Positions 26,280 to 35,277 of a DNA stretch of 64,000 nt are shown here, in pieces (position 1 is the first letter of the stretch; every line of letters starts with the position of its first letter). The stretch comes from a bacterium (GTDB taxonomy: Bacteria > JAAXHH01): positions 3,231,970 to 3,295,969 of the forward strand of contig OZ241920.1 in NCBI GenBank assembly GCA_965203885.1, written 5' to 3'. The translations under genes and the position numbers were made by a program. The notes beneath the pieces are model-generated. The model saw nothing but the letters and a program-made list of their open reading frames with translations. It ran no database searches and was not told the origin of the DNA.

Positions 26280-26828
26280 ATGCCGAAAGAACCTGGCGTG
26301 GACGCGCCGGACACCTTTGAATTCGAAACGGGGATCGAGAACGCGCCCGTCGAACCTTACCAGGCGCACGAGATCCGCGTGTTCAGGGCGCCGGCCCACA
26401 CGGTGCGGATGACGGTCACGGGCGAGCGGTCCTACATCCGCGTCCGGCCGGTCAACGCCTCGCCCATGGCCCACAACGACCGGTACGTGTCGCTCCTGGA
26501 CATCAAGAACGAGGAAGTGGCCTTCATCAAGGACATGAACGACCTGGACGAGGAGTCGCGCAAGGTCATCGAGGAAGAGCTGGCGCACCGGTACCTGAGG
26601 GCGACCATCGCGTGCGTCCACTCCATCCAGATGGAGTATGGCGTGACCTACTGGGACGTAACGACCGACCGGGGGAAACGGGAGTTCGTCATCCGCGGCC
26701 ACGAGAACACCCACTGGGCGTCGGATACGCGGCTGCTGCTTACCGACGTGGACGGCAACCGGTTCGAGGTCGTCGACTACACGAAACTGGACCCCAACAG
26801 CGTGCGGTTGATCGAGACGAACGTGTGA
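26280..26828 (+). CDS. Conserved hypothetical cytoplasmic protein, DUF1854-like, co-oriented and 15 bp downstream of the ABC pair
   Basis: 182 aa with no TM helix or signal peptide. From memory this family usually accompanies this class of ABC exporter pair; the family label is not verified. Confidence 0.45.
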   Translation: MPKEPGVDAPDTFEFETGIENAPVEPYQAHEIRVFRAPAHTVRMTVTGERSYIRVRPVNASPMAHNDRYVSLLDIKNEEVAFIKDMNDLDEESRKVIEEELAHRYLRATIACVHSIQMEYGVTYWDVTTDRGKREFVIRGHENTHWASDTRLLLTDVDGNRFEVVDYTKLDPNSVRLIETNV

Positions 26829-26961
26829 CGGGAACGGGCACGGGAGACCGGACGCGGACCGGTATTGCGGTCGGCCGGGACCGGTATTGCACGCGGCCGG
26901 GTCTTGTCGATCCGGTCATCGCGGCGGCGCCGTGAACGAAGGCGGGCGCGGGAGGAAGACC

Positions 26962-27801
26962 ATGGCGGAACGGGCGGCGCAGGACAAGTACGACCAGTTG
27001 ATCAGAGACGGTTTCTGCGTAATCGAGGGGGTACTGAAGCCCGATATGCTGGAAAGGGTCCGGTCCGTCTCCGACCGGCTGCTTGACGCCCAGCCCCCGT
27101 CCCATTTCGAAGAGCAGAAGTCCACGGGCAGCATGATCAGCGTCTTCGACGACGTGTTCTTCGCCGAACTTGTGTCCTATCCCCCGGCGCTGGCGGCCCT
27201 GGCCGGCCTGGGGTTCGACCGGCCCACGTGGTCCTCGGGGTTCGTCATCAGCAAGCCGCCCCGCAGCCCGGCGCTCTTCTGGCACCAGGACTGGTGGGGA
27301 TGGGACGATCCCTGCAGCTATGAGCCGCCGCCGCAGCAGGTCTTCCTGATGTACTACCTGGTCGACACCGACCGGCACAACGGGTGCCTCCGGGCGATCG
27401 CGGGGTCCCACCTGAACCGCCATCCCCTCCACCGGCACGTCGAGGAGGCCCACACGGACGACCTGCGGGCCATGGGCGATCCCGACCATCCGGCCTACCA
27501 GCCCGCGCCGGGCGAAGTGGACGTGCCCGTCCGGGCCGGCGACCTGGTCATCGGGGATTCCCGGCTGCTGCACGCGGCCCACGGGAACAAGAGCGATGAG
27601 CGGCGCACGGTGATCACCCTGTGGTACATCCCCCTGTATCACGCGTTGCCCGGCCGGATCCAGGCCTACCTGGCGCGCCATCCCCGGCCCGATTCGTGGG
27701 CGGAGGCGACGGGGGGCGAGCTGAAACCGCTGACCGCGGTGTACGAGGGCGGGGCGGAACCCATTGCCTGGAACCGCGTGCCCGGCCCCGCGCTGAAGTA
27801 A
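26962..27801 (+). CDS. PhyH-family Fe(II)/2OG dioxygenase (second paralogue)
   Basis: FWHQDWWGW (HxD) motif. Start at MAERAAQD. Confidence 0.7.
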   Translation: MAERAAQDKYDQLIRDGFCVIEGVLKPDMLERVRSVSDRLLDAQPPSHFEEQKSTGSMISVFDDVFFAELVSYPPALAALAGLGFDRPTWSSGFVISKPPRSPALFWHQDWWGWDDPCSYEPPPQQVFLMYYLVDTDRHNGCLRAIAGSHLNRHPLHRHVEEAHTDDLRAMGDPDHPAYQPAPGEVDVPVRAGDLVIGDSRLLHAAHGNKSDERRTVITLWYIPLYHALPGRIQAYLARHPRPDSWAEATGGELKPLTAVYEGGAEPIAWNRVPGPALK

Positions 27802-27887
27802 CCTGCCGCGGCGCGTCTCGTCCGGTCGATCATTCCAAAGTCGATCCTCGAGAACCGGCCGGAAAAGGACAGACAGGAATCTCCGCA

Positions 27888-29441
27888 TTGAACAACGACA
27901 CCCTCTACCGGGAAACCCACCGCCCCCAGTTCCACTTCACGGCGCGGGAACACTGGATCAACGATCCCAACGGACTGGTGTATTTCGACGGGGAATTTCA
28001 CCTCTATTTCCAGCATACGCCGGGCAGCATGGTGCACGGGCGCACGACGTGGGGGCACGCGGTCAGCACGGACCTGGTGCGCTGGAAGCAGCTCCACACC
28101 GCCGCGCTGGACGTGGACGAAACGGGCTGGATGTGGTCGGGGTCCGCGGCGGTGGACCATGACGACACGGGCGGGTTCCAGGAGGGGGACGCGCCGCCGC
28201 TGATCGCCTTCTACACGGCGGGCGGCGAAAGGATGTTCCCTGGCAAGCGGTGTATACAGTGCATAGCCTTCAGCAACGACCGGGGCCGGACGTGGACGAA
28301 ATACGCGGGCAATCCGGTCATCGGCCATATCCGCGCGGAGAACCGGGACCCGAAGGTGGTGTGGCACGGGCCGACCGCCCGGTGGATCATGACCCTGTTC
28401 ATGGACGATAACGACTACGCCCTGTTCTCGTCCCCGGACCTGAAGTCCTGGACGCACCTGCAGGACCTGACCCTGCCCGGCGTGTCCGAATGCCCCGACT
28501 TCTTCGAGCTGCCGGTGGACGGCGACCCGTCGAACACGCGGTGGGTCTTCTGGGGGGCGAGCGGCGGCTACCTGCTCGGGCGTTTCGACGGCGGGACCTT
28601 CACGCCGGAGACGGACGTGCTCCCGGCGGAGCAGGGCGCCAACGGTTATGCCGCGCAGACCTGGAGCGACGTCCCGGCGGAGGACGGCAGGCGGATCCAG
28701 ATCTCCTGGATGCGGAACGGGCGGTACCCGGCCATGCCCTTCAACCAGCAGATGACCTTTCCCGTGGAACTGACGCTCAGGACGCTGCCGGAAGGGATCC
28801 GGCTGTGCCGCGAGCCCGTGGCGGAAATCGAAACGCTGCATGAGAGGACGCGCGCCTGGCCCGCGGGCGACATCGCGGAAATGGCGGCCACCCGGTTCCG
28901 TCAGCGCTTCGAATCGGGAGAGATCACCAGCTACGCGGTCACGGACCTGCGCGAGGCCGAAAGCCGGCTCGTCCTGGCCGGCGAAGGCGACCTCTTCGAC
29001 GTGCGGATGGAAATAGAAGTGGAAGACGGCGGTGACAACCGGGGCGCCGATGAAAAAAGAAGCCCCGATGAGGAGAAAGTCGGCGGCAGCGACAACACGG
29101 GCGCCGATGAGGAGAAAGGCGACGGCGGCGAACCGGCCGGAGCCAGGGGATTCACCGTCGAAGTGCGGGGACATCCCGTGAAATACGATGCGGATCGCCA
29201 GACCCTGTCCTGCATGGGGCGAACCGCCGATCTCCGTACCATTGACGGCCGCGTCAGCCTCCAACTCCTGGTCGACCGCACGTCCCTGGAGATCTTCGGC
29301 AACCGGGGCGAGGTGTCCATGTCCTTCTGCTTCCTGCCGGCCGCGGCAAACCAGTCGCTGGCCCTGAAGGCGGATGGCGGGCGGGCGCGCATCGCTTCGC
29401 TGACCGTGCATGAGCTCAAGTCCGCCTGGGAAACCGGGTAA
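27888..29441 (+). CDS. Glycoside hydrolase family 32 (beta-fructofuranosidase/levanase type), cytoplasmic
   Basis: WINDPNG, RDP, EC (GVSECPDFF) motifs; no signal peptide. Probable TTG start at 27888 with AGGAA 8 nt upstream. C-terminal beta-sandwich carries an acidic repeat insert. Confidence 0.75.
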   Translation: MNNDTLYRETHRPQFHFTAREHWINDPNGLVYFDGEFHLYFQHTPGSMVHGRTTWGHAVSTDLVRWKQLHTAALDVDETGWMWSGSAAVDHDDTGGFQEGDAPPLIAFYTAGGERMFPGKRCIQCIAFSNDRGRTWTKYAGNPVIGHIRAENRDPKVVWHGPTARWIMTLFMDDNDYALFSSPDLKSWTHLQDLTLPGVSECPDFFELPVDGDPSNTRWVFWGASGGYLLGRFDGGTFTPETDVLPAEQGANGYAAQTWSDVPAEDGRRIQISWMRNGRYPAMPFNQQMTFPVELTLRTLPEGIRLCREPVAEIETLHERTRAWPAGDIAEMAATRFRQRFESGEITSYAVTDLREAESRLVLAGEGDLFDVRMEIEVEDGGDNRGADEKRSPDEEKVGGSDNTGADEEKGDGGEPAGARGFTVEVRGHPVKYDADRQTLSCMGRTADLRTIDGRVSLQLLVDRTSLEIFGNRGEVSMSFCFLPAAANQSLALKADGGRARIASLTVHELKSAWETG

Positions 29442-29503
29442 CTCATCCGTAACCGGTGCGGACATCGCGCCTGAATCGCGTCGCCGCCAGTAGGAACTCA
29501 GGC

Positions 29504-30586
29504 ATGCCCATCATGCCAGGCAGGCCCGTCATGTCCAGCCCGATCACCAAAGCCATCGAACAGTTCCCCCGGGTCCGGCTGGGCCATGGGCCGACGCCCC
29601 TCGACGCCGCCCCGCGCCTGGGTGCGGCCCTCGGCATCGAGCTGTGGATCAAGCGCGACGACTGCACGGGGCTGGCCATGGGCGGGAACAAGGTCCGCCA
29701 GCTCGAATTCCCCCTGGGCGAGGCGCAATCCCGGGATGCCGACACCCTGCTGATCACCAGCGCGGTACAGTCGAACTACGTCCGCGTGGCCGCCGCCGCC
29801 GGCCGCCGGCTCGGCATGGAGACCCACATACAGCTGGAAGAGCGCGTGCCGGAGGCGGACGCCCTCTACCGCACTTCCGGCAACGTCCTGCTCGACCGGC
29901 TCTTCGGCGCGAAGCTCCATTCCTTCCCGGTCGGCGAGGACGAGCCCGCGGCGGACGCGTCGCTGGACCTGCTTGCCCAGTCGCTCGCGGAGGAAGGCCG
30001 CAGGCCCTACGTGATCCATCTCGCCCCCGCCCATCCGCCCCTCGGTGCGCTCGGCTACGTGATCGCGGCCGAGGAGGTCCTGGCGCAGGCCCGATCCCTC
30101 GACCTCGAATTCGACGCCGTGGTCTGTCCCACGGGCAGCGCCCTGACCCACGCGGGGCTCCTGGTGGGCCTGCGGGTCCTGGGCAAGGACGTGCCCGTTT
30201 ACGGCATCTGCGTGCGGCGCGATGCCGCCAGCCAGGCGGCGCGCGTAGAGATAGTGGCGGAGCGGCTGGCCGGGATGATCGAACGGCCGGAGGATTTCGA
30301 CGCGGGCGACGTAGCGGCCTTCGACGGCGTCCTGGCGCCCGGCTATGGCCGGCTCAACGACGCGGTGGGCGAGGCGATCGCCCTGGCGGCCCGCCAGGAG
30401 GGGCTGCTCCTCGATCCGGTCTACACCGGCAAGACGATGGCGGGCCTGATCGAACACGTGCGCTCCGGCGTCATCCCTTCCGGCAGCCGCGTGCTCTTCA
30501 TCCATACGGGCGGCCTGCCGGCCCTGTTCGCCTACGGGGACAAGCTCGGTTCGTGGCTGTCGGACGTGCCGTGGGACGGGGTATAG
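29504..30586 (+). CDS. PLP-dependent ACC deaminase / D-cysteine desulfhydrase family enzyme
   Basis: GGNKVRQLEF motif, typical of the ACC deaminase/DcyD family. ATG at 29504 with an AGGA Shine-Dalgarno. Confidence 0.7.
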   Translation: MPIMPGRPVMSSPITKAIEQFPRVRLGHGPTPLDAAPRLGAALGIELWIKRDDCTGLAMGGNKVRQLEFPLGEAQSRDADTLLITSAVQSNYVRVAAAAGRRLGMETHIQLEERVPEADALYRTSGNVLLDRLFGAKLHSFPVGEDEPAADASLDLLAQSLAEEGRRPYVIHLAPAHPPLGALGYVIAAEEVLAQARSLDLEFDAVVCPTGSALTHAGLLVGLRVLGKDVPVYGICVRRDAASQAARVEIVAERLAGMIERPEDFDAGDVAAFDGVLAPGYGRLNDAVGEAIALAARQEGLLLDPVYTGKTMAGLIEHVRSGVIPSGSRVLFIHTGGLPALFAYGDKLGSWLSDVPWDGV

Positions 30587-30752
30587 CCATTGAAGACAGT
30601 GTATAGCCATTTATTTTGAGCGCGTATTGAATGGATTTCGTATATTGCGTTGGATGAGTGACTTCAATTGCGCCCTCCCGCACCGGACCGTCAGGAAGCC
30701 TTCCGGATGGGCGGTATCTTCGGGTCCGGGGAGGCGACACTGAAAAGGGGAT

Positions 30753-31613
30753 ATGACCTTGGTAAGATTCGTGCTGACCATCGCGGTGGCGTTGCCGCTG
30801 CTCCTGCCTGCTGAAACCCGCGCGCAAACAGATCATCCCAACGGTACGACCACCCGCGATTTCCGCGTTACCGGATCGGTGTCCCAGGTGGCCGTGACCG
30901 GGGAAGCCAGTGAGGACGGCCAGGGGTCAGGCGCCGCGTCTCCCGCGGAGGTGGCCGGGACCGACGCCCTGGCGTGGGCGCTTCAATCCGAATTCGGAAT
31001 GGAACATACGAACTACTGGGGAATCTCCGCGCTGCGTATGCGCGCCGGATACGGCGAGGTGCGTGATGGCGGAGCGCCGCGCGAGGCCGTGGACCGGCTT
31101 ACCGGAGAGGCGACGTACGAGTTGCCGATCGACGCCCGCCCGGACGTGGTCACCATCGCTCCGTTCCTGGGGGTGTCGGGGATCTCGGCGTGGACCGCGC
31201 CAACCCGTCCGGACGGTACCGCGGATGACAGACCCCTTTCCGTACGCGTCAAGGCCGGCGTTACGAACAGGCTGGGCAAGGCGGGAACAGGTGGAAGCGC
31301 CGCTTCGCCGGCAAAATGGAACGGAGTCTTGAGAATCAGCGCGGCGGGAGACTGGGACCGGCTGACCGGCGTCCTGGACTACGGATTCGAGATCGCCCAG
31401 GAATTGAAGCGACAGATCAGGCCCGGCGTGGAGTTCACCTCGCGGGGGGACCTCTTCCTTTCCAACCACCTTTCGCTTCGGCAATACACGCATATCGACG
31501 TATCCATCGTGTCGCGTCTCTCCATCGCGATCGACGGAAACCTCTTCCTGCATCACGCGGACCACACGCAAACGAAGACGGAAATCCTCGTGGGACTGGG
31601 TGTTCATTTGTAG
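30753..31613 (+). CDS. Hypothetical exported protein
   Basis: Signal peptide MTLVRFVLTIAVALPLLLPAETRA-QT. No recognisable domains. Confidence 0.45.
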   Translation: MTLVRFVLTIAVALPLLLPAETRAQTDHPNGTTTRDFRVTGSVSQVAVTGEASEDGQGSGAASPAEVAGTDALAWALQSEFGMEHTNYWGISALRMRAGYGEVRDGGAPREAVDRLTGEATYELPIDARPDVVTIAPFLGVSGISAWTAPTRPDGTADDRPLSVRVKAGVTNRLGKAGTGGSAASPAKWNGVLRISAAGDWDRLTGVLDYGFEIAQELKRQIRPGVEFTSRGDLFLSNHLSLRQYTHIDVSIVSRLSIAIDGNLFLHHADHTQTKTEILVGLGVHL

Positions 31614-31664
31614 TCGTGGATGTGGACCTGATCGACTATCACTGAACCAAGGGAGTGACCCCCC

Positions 31665-31979
31665 ATGAACGATATTGCAAGCGATCGAGTCGGCCCGATG
31701 CTGAACCCGCCGCACCTGGGCGAGTTGATCCGCGAGAGCATGGACGATTTGGGCTGGAACGTGACCGAGACGGCGGCTCGGCTGGGCTGTGAGCGAGGTA
31801 CACTGTCCCGATTACTGAACGGCAAGGCGGGGGTATCCGCTAATATGGCGCTGGCGTTGGAAGACCTGGGCTGGGGCACGGCCGATCACTGGATGCGGAT
31901 GCAGGCGAGTTACGAACTTGCTCAGGCACGCCGTGACCGGACCGCCGCCGATCGGCGCGCGGACGCAATGCACGTGTGA
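31665..31979 (+). CDS. higA: HigA-type antitoxin (XRE-family HTH, addiction-module antidote protein); orphan
   Basis: ...NVTETAARLGCERGTLSRLLNGKAGVSANMALALE helix-turn-helix. A GGGAG Shine-Dalgarno sits 19 nt after an upstream stop, as in toxin-antitoxin pairs. Confidence 0.6.
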   Translation: MNDIASDRVGPMLNPPHLGELIRESMDDLGWNVTETAARLGCERGTLSRLLNGKAGVSANMALALEDLGWGTADHWMRMQASYELAQARRDRTAADRRADAMHV

Positions 31980-32043
31980 GAGGAAGTCGCGCAAACGGGA
32001 GATACCTGCCGATCGGAATGCACAGAATTGCACGAACTGCTTA

Positions 32044-32781
32044 TCAGCCGAACGCCTCGGCGAACTTCTGTGACCGCGTGTTGAGCAGGCTGTAGAAGCC
32101 GCGCACTTCCGGGTCGGGATGGTCGCGCCAGAGACCCGTGGGGATGGTGGTGAACTGGCTGAGGACGGGTCCGTCGCGATGGCCGTAATAGACCTGGACG
32201 GACTTGCGTTCGTGCGCGGTCTTCCGCACGGTGGCGGCGTGGACCACGGACAGGTTGAAGAGGATGACGGTGCCGGCCGGTCCGTGGAGATGAACCCCGC
32301 CCCGCTCCCTGACCTGTTCCTCGATATCCAGTACGGGCCCGTCGCAGGGTTCCGGCGAGATCGAAAAGCAGTGGGTATCCTCGCGCACGTCGGACAGGTA
32401 GAGCATCATGTGGAGGTAGCCGCACCGGTAGGGCCGGTCGGTCATGTGCCTCCGGTCGCGGTGCCAGACCTCCACCGGATCGCCCTCGTGCGGCGCCATG
32501 TGGCGCAGGCAGGCCTCCGCGAGGCAGCTCGGTCCCTCGAAGATGGTTTCGATGGCGCCGATCAGCGCGGGGTGGCGGATCAGCCCGTCGAATTCCGGGG
32601 TTGAGATGAGCGGCTCACAGTTCACGCTCTGGTGCCCGTCGAAGGCGATGGCCCGCCAGAAATACCCCGTCTCCGACCGGTCGCGGTCGTACAGTTCGAT
32701 GTAGCGGCCAGTCTCTTCAGCGGTAAACGGCTGTCCGAGATTTACATAGCCGTTTTGCCTGAAGAACTCGAGATCGACCAT
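32044..32781 (-). CDS. PhyH-family Fe(II)/2OG dioxygenase (third paralogue)
   Basis: VEVWHRDRRHM (HxD). ATG at 32781; the 270-aa N-terminal extension of the track ORF is rejected. Confidence 0.6.
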   Translation of the reverse strand: MVDLEFFRQNGYVNLGQPFTAEETGRYIELYDRDRSETGYFWRAIAFDGHQSVNCEPLISTPEFDGLIRHPALIGAIETIFEGPSCLAEACLRHMAPHEGDPVEVWHRDRRHMTDRPYRCGYLHMMLYLSDVREDTHCFSISPEPCDGPVLDIEEQVRERGGVHLHGPAGTVILFNLSVVHAATVRKTAHERKSVQVYYGHRDGPVLSQFTTIPTGLWRDHPDPEVRGFYSLLNTRSQKFAEAFG

Positions 32782-32843
32782 GGCTGGTGAATTCCTCTTC
32801 CCTGGCGGATAGTCCTTCCCGGCTCGCCCCTTTGCAGCATTCC

Positions 32844-33941
32844 TTACTTCTCGCACATGACGTCCCGGAACAGTTCCGAGAAGACGGCCCGGTCTTCGGG
32901 CGTCCCCACCGTGACCCGGACGAGGCGGTCCAGGCCCGGCGCGGCGGGTTTTCTCAGGAACACGCCCCGCTCGATGAGCGTGTTCATCACGGCGCCGGCC
33001 CGTTCGCCCGTACCGAAATCGAAGGCGACGAAATTGGTCTGGGAGGGCAGGGACGATATCCCCACGTCCTCCGCCAGATCCCGGTAGCCATGGCGGCCCT
33101 CCTCCACGGCCCGTACCACGCTCGCGACGAATGCCGGGTCGCGCAGTGAGGCCAGGGCGCCCGCCTGGGCCACCAGGCTCACGCCGAAGTGCAGGCGGAC
33201 CTTGTCGAAGGTCCGGATGATGTCCCGGTGGGCAATGGCGTAACCGACCCGGGCGCCGGCCATCCCGTGGGCCTTGGAGAAGGTGCGCACGCGGATCAGC
33301 CGGGGGTCGTCCACGTCGACCGGGAGGACGGTGTCCGGCGGCACGAAGTCCAGGTACGCCTCGTCGAGCACGAAGAGGCAGCCGGGCGGCAGGCGGTCCA
33401 GCAGATCGCCCACGGCGTTGCTGCCAAAATAGGATCCCGTGGGGTTGTCCGGGTTGGCGAGGTAGAGGATGGACGCCTTCGCGCGCGCCGCCAGGTCCGT
33501 CAGCGCGGCCAGGTCGTTGCGGTCGTTGCGGTAGGGAACCGTTTCCAGCCTGCCGCCGAAGCCGTCGACGTGATAGACGAAGGTCGGGTAGCAACCGAGG
33601 GACGCGCCGACGGCATCGCCCGGGTTCATGTACATGCGGACGATCAGTCCCAGCAGGTCGTCGATCCCCGCGCCGAGGGTCACGTTCCCGATATCCACGC
33701 CGTGCATCGCGGCCAGTTCGGCCCGCAGGTCGTACCCTTCGGGGTCGCAGTACCAGGCGACGCCTCTCGCGGCTTCGCTCATGGCCGCCGCGGCCCGGGG
33801 CGATACGCCGAAGGCACTTTCATTGGCGCCGATGCGCACGCGGAACGGTTTTCCCTGACGACGTTCGATGGTTTCGGGACCCACGAAGGGGGTCACGGAG
33901 GGCAGGCCTGCCACGATGTCGGAATAAGGGGGTCTGGACAT
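32844..33941 (-). CDS. Class I/II PLP aminotransferase, histidinol-phosphate aminotransferase (HisC)-like
   Basis: LANPDNPTG and TFSKAHGMAGARVGY (PLP lysine) motifs. Confidence 0.75.
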   Translation of the reverse strand: MSRPPYSDIVAGLPSVTPFVGPETIERRQGKPFRVRIGANESAFGVSPRAAAAMSEAARGVAWYCDPEGYDLRAELAAMHGVDIGNVTLGAGIDDLLGLIVRMYMNPGDAVGASLGCYPTFVYHVDGFGGRLETVPYRNDRNDLAALTDLAARAKASILYLANPDNPTGSYFGSNAVGDLLDRLPPGCLFVLDEAYLDFVPPDTVLPVDVDDPRLIRVRTFSKAHGMAGARVGYAIAHRDIIRTFDKVRLHFGVSLVAQAGALASLRDPAFVASVVRAVEEGRHGYRDLAEDVGISSLPSQTNFVAFDFGTGERAGAVMNTLIERGVFLRKPAAPGLDRLVRVTVGTPEDRAVFSELFRDVMCEK

Positions 33942-33960
33942 CAGATCGGTCGCGGCTGTG

Positions 33961-34986
33961 TCAGGCCGCGGCTTCCATGTCGGCGCTGTACCGGCCCGTG
34001 CGGGCGGCGCTGTTGCACCGGGCGCGGTGGTAAAAGGCTTTCTGGCCCTCCTCGAAACGGGCGGGATCTCCACCCCATGCCCGCAGCGGAGCGGCCTGCA
34101 GGGCGCGGCCGTAGGAGAAGCTGAGTTCCCACGGGAGCTCGCCGAACATGGCGTTCATGGCGTTCAGGTGCGCCGTGGCTTTCTCCGAGGACTGCCCGCC
34201 CGACAGAAAGGCGGCGCCGGGCACTTCCCGCGGCACGTTGCGCAGGAAATTGTTCACCGTGCGGCGCGCGACTTCCTCCACGTTGGCCTGCTCGGGGCAT
34301 TCCGAGCCGGAGATGACCATGCTGGGCTTCAGGACGATCCCTTCCAGCATGACCCCGTGCTCGTCCAGCGCTTCGAACACGTGCCGAAGCGTGACCCGCG
34401 TGACCTCGTCGCACCGGTAGATGTTATGGTCGCCATCCATCAGCACCTCGGGTTCGACGATCGGAACGATACCGCTTTCCTGGCACAGGGCGGCGTACCG
34501 CGCGAGGGCGTGGGCATTGGCTTTGATACATGGGTCCGTTGGAATGCCCCTCCCCACGGTAATGACCGCCCGCCACTTGGCGAAAGCGGCGCCCAGCTTC
34601 CGGTATCTCCCCAGGCGCCCCCGCAGGCCGTCGAGCCCCTCGGTCACGGTCTCGCCCGGGAAACCGGCCAGGTCGTGGATGCCGGTATCCACCTTGATCC
34701 CGGGGATCACCCCCTTGTCGGCCAGGAGCTTCGGGAACGGGGTCTCGGCCTCGTCGAGGGCCTTCTGCCGCAGGGTCTCTTCGTAGAGGATGACCCCGCT
34801 GATGAATTCCTCCATGCCTTCGGTGGTGAACAGCATGTGGCGGTAGGCCCGGCGGTTCTCCTTCGTCGACGCCAGTCCGATGCCGTCGAACCGGCTCTTG
34901 ATCGTGCCGCTGCTCTCGTCCGCCGCCAGGATCCCCTTGTCGGGAGCGACCATGGCGCGGGCGACTTCTTTCAGTTCGGAAGACAT
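33961..34986 (-). CDS. fba: Class I fructose-bisphosphate aldolase (eukaryote-type, Schiff-base)
   Basis: GILAADESSGTI, IVPIVEPEVL, LEGIVLKPSMV (Schiff-base Lys), LSGGQS blocks align with aldolase A-type enzymes. Confidence 0.85.
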   Translation of the reverse strand: MSSELKEVARAMVAPDKGILAADESSGTIKSRFDGIGLASTKENRRAYRHMLFTTEGMEEFISGVILYEETLRQKALDEAETPFPKLLADKGVIPGIKVDTGIHDLAGFPGETVTEGLDGLRGRLGRYRKLGAAFAKWRAVITVGRGIPTDPCIKANAHALARYAALCQESGIVPIVEPEVLMDGDHNIYRCDEVTRVTLRHVFEALDEHGVMLEGIVLKPSMVISGSECPEQANVEEVARRTVNNFLRNVPREVPGAAFLSGGQSSEKATAHLNAMNAMFGELPWELSFSYGRALQAAPLRAWGGDPARFEEGQKAFYHRARCNSAARTGRYSADMEAAA

Positions 34987-35277
34987 CTTCTGCTGCTTCT
35001 CCTCGCGGGTATTGCTTCTGGTATAAAACAACAAGTAGAACGCTTGTGTCCGGTAAAATACAACACGTAGAACGCATGTAAAAAAGGCGGGTGGGGCCTG
35101 GCTGTCAATCCTTTCTTGGCCGGTCGCTTTTGGCTTGAAACACGGACCGCCCTTCGATATAATACCGCCTGCAGCCGTTTCCCGCTTCCATATCCGCATG
35201 CGCGTCCGATGTTCTCCGGAAGTCCGCCCCGCATCAGGACGCGGCATTGTCCTCGACCCGGTAGCCAGGCAACCTCC

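Noticed and set aside
31316-31645. 109-aa ORF upstream of the orphan higA as an intact HigB toxin
   Set aside because: Only the final about 10 residues resemble HigB. The rest is an Arg/Pro-rich alternative frame of the exported-protein gene.
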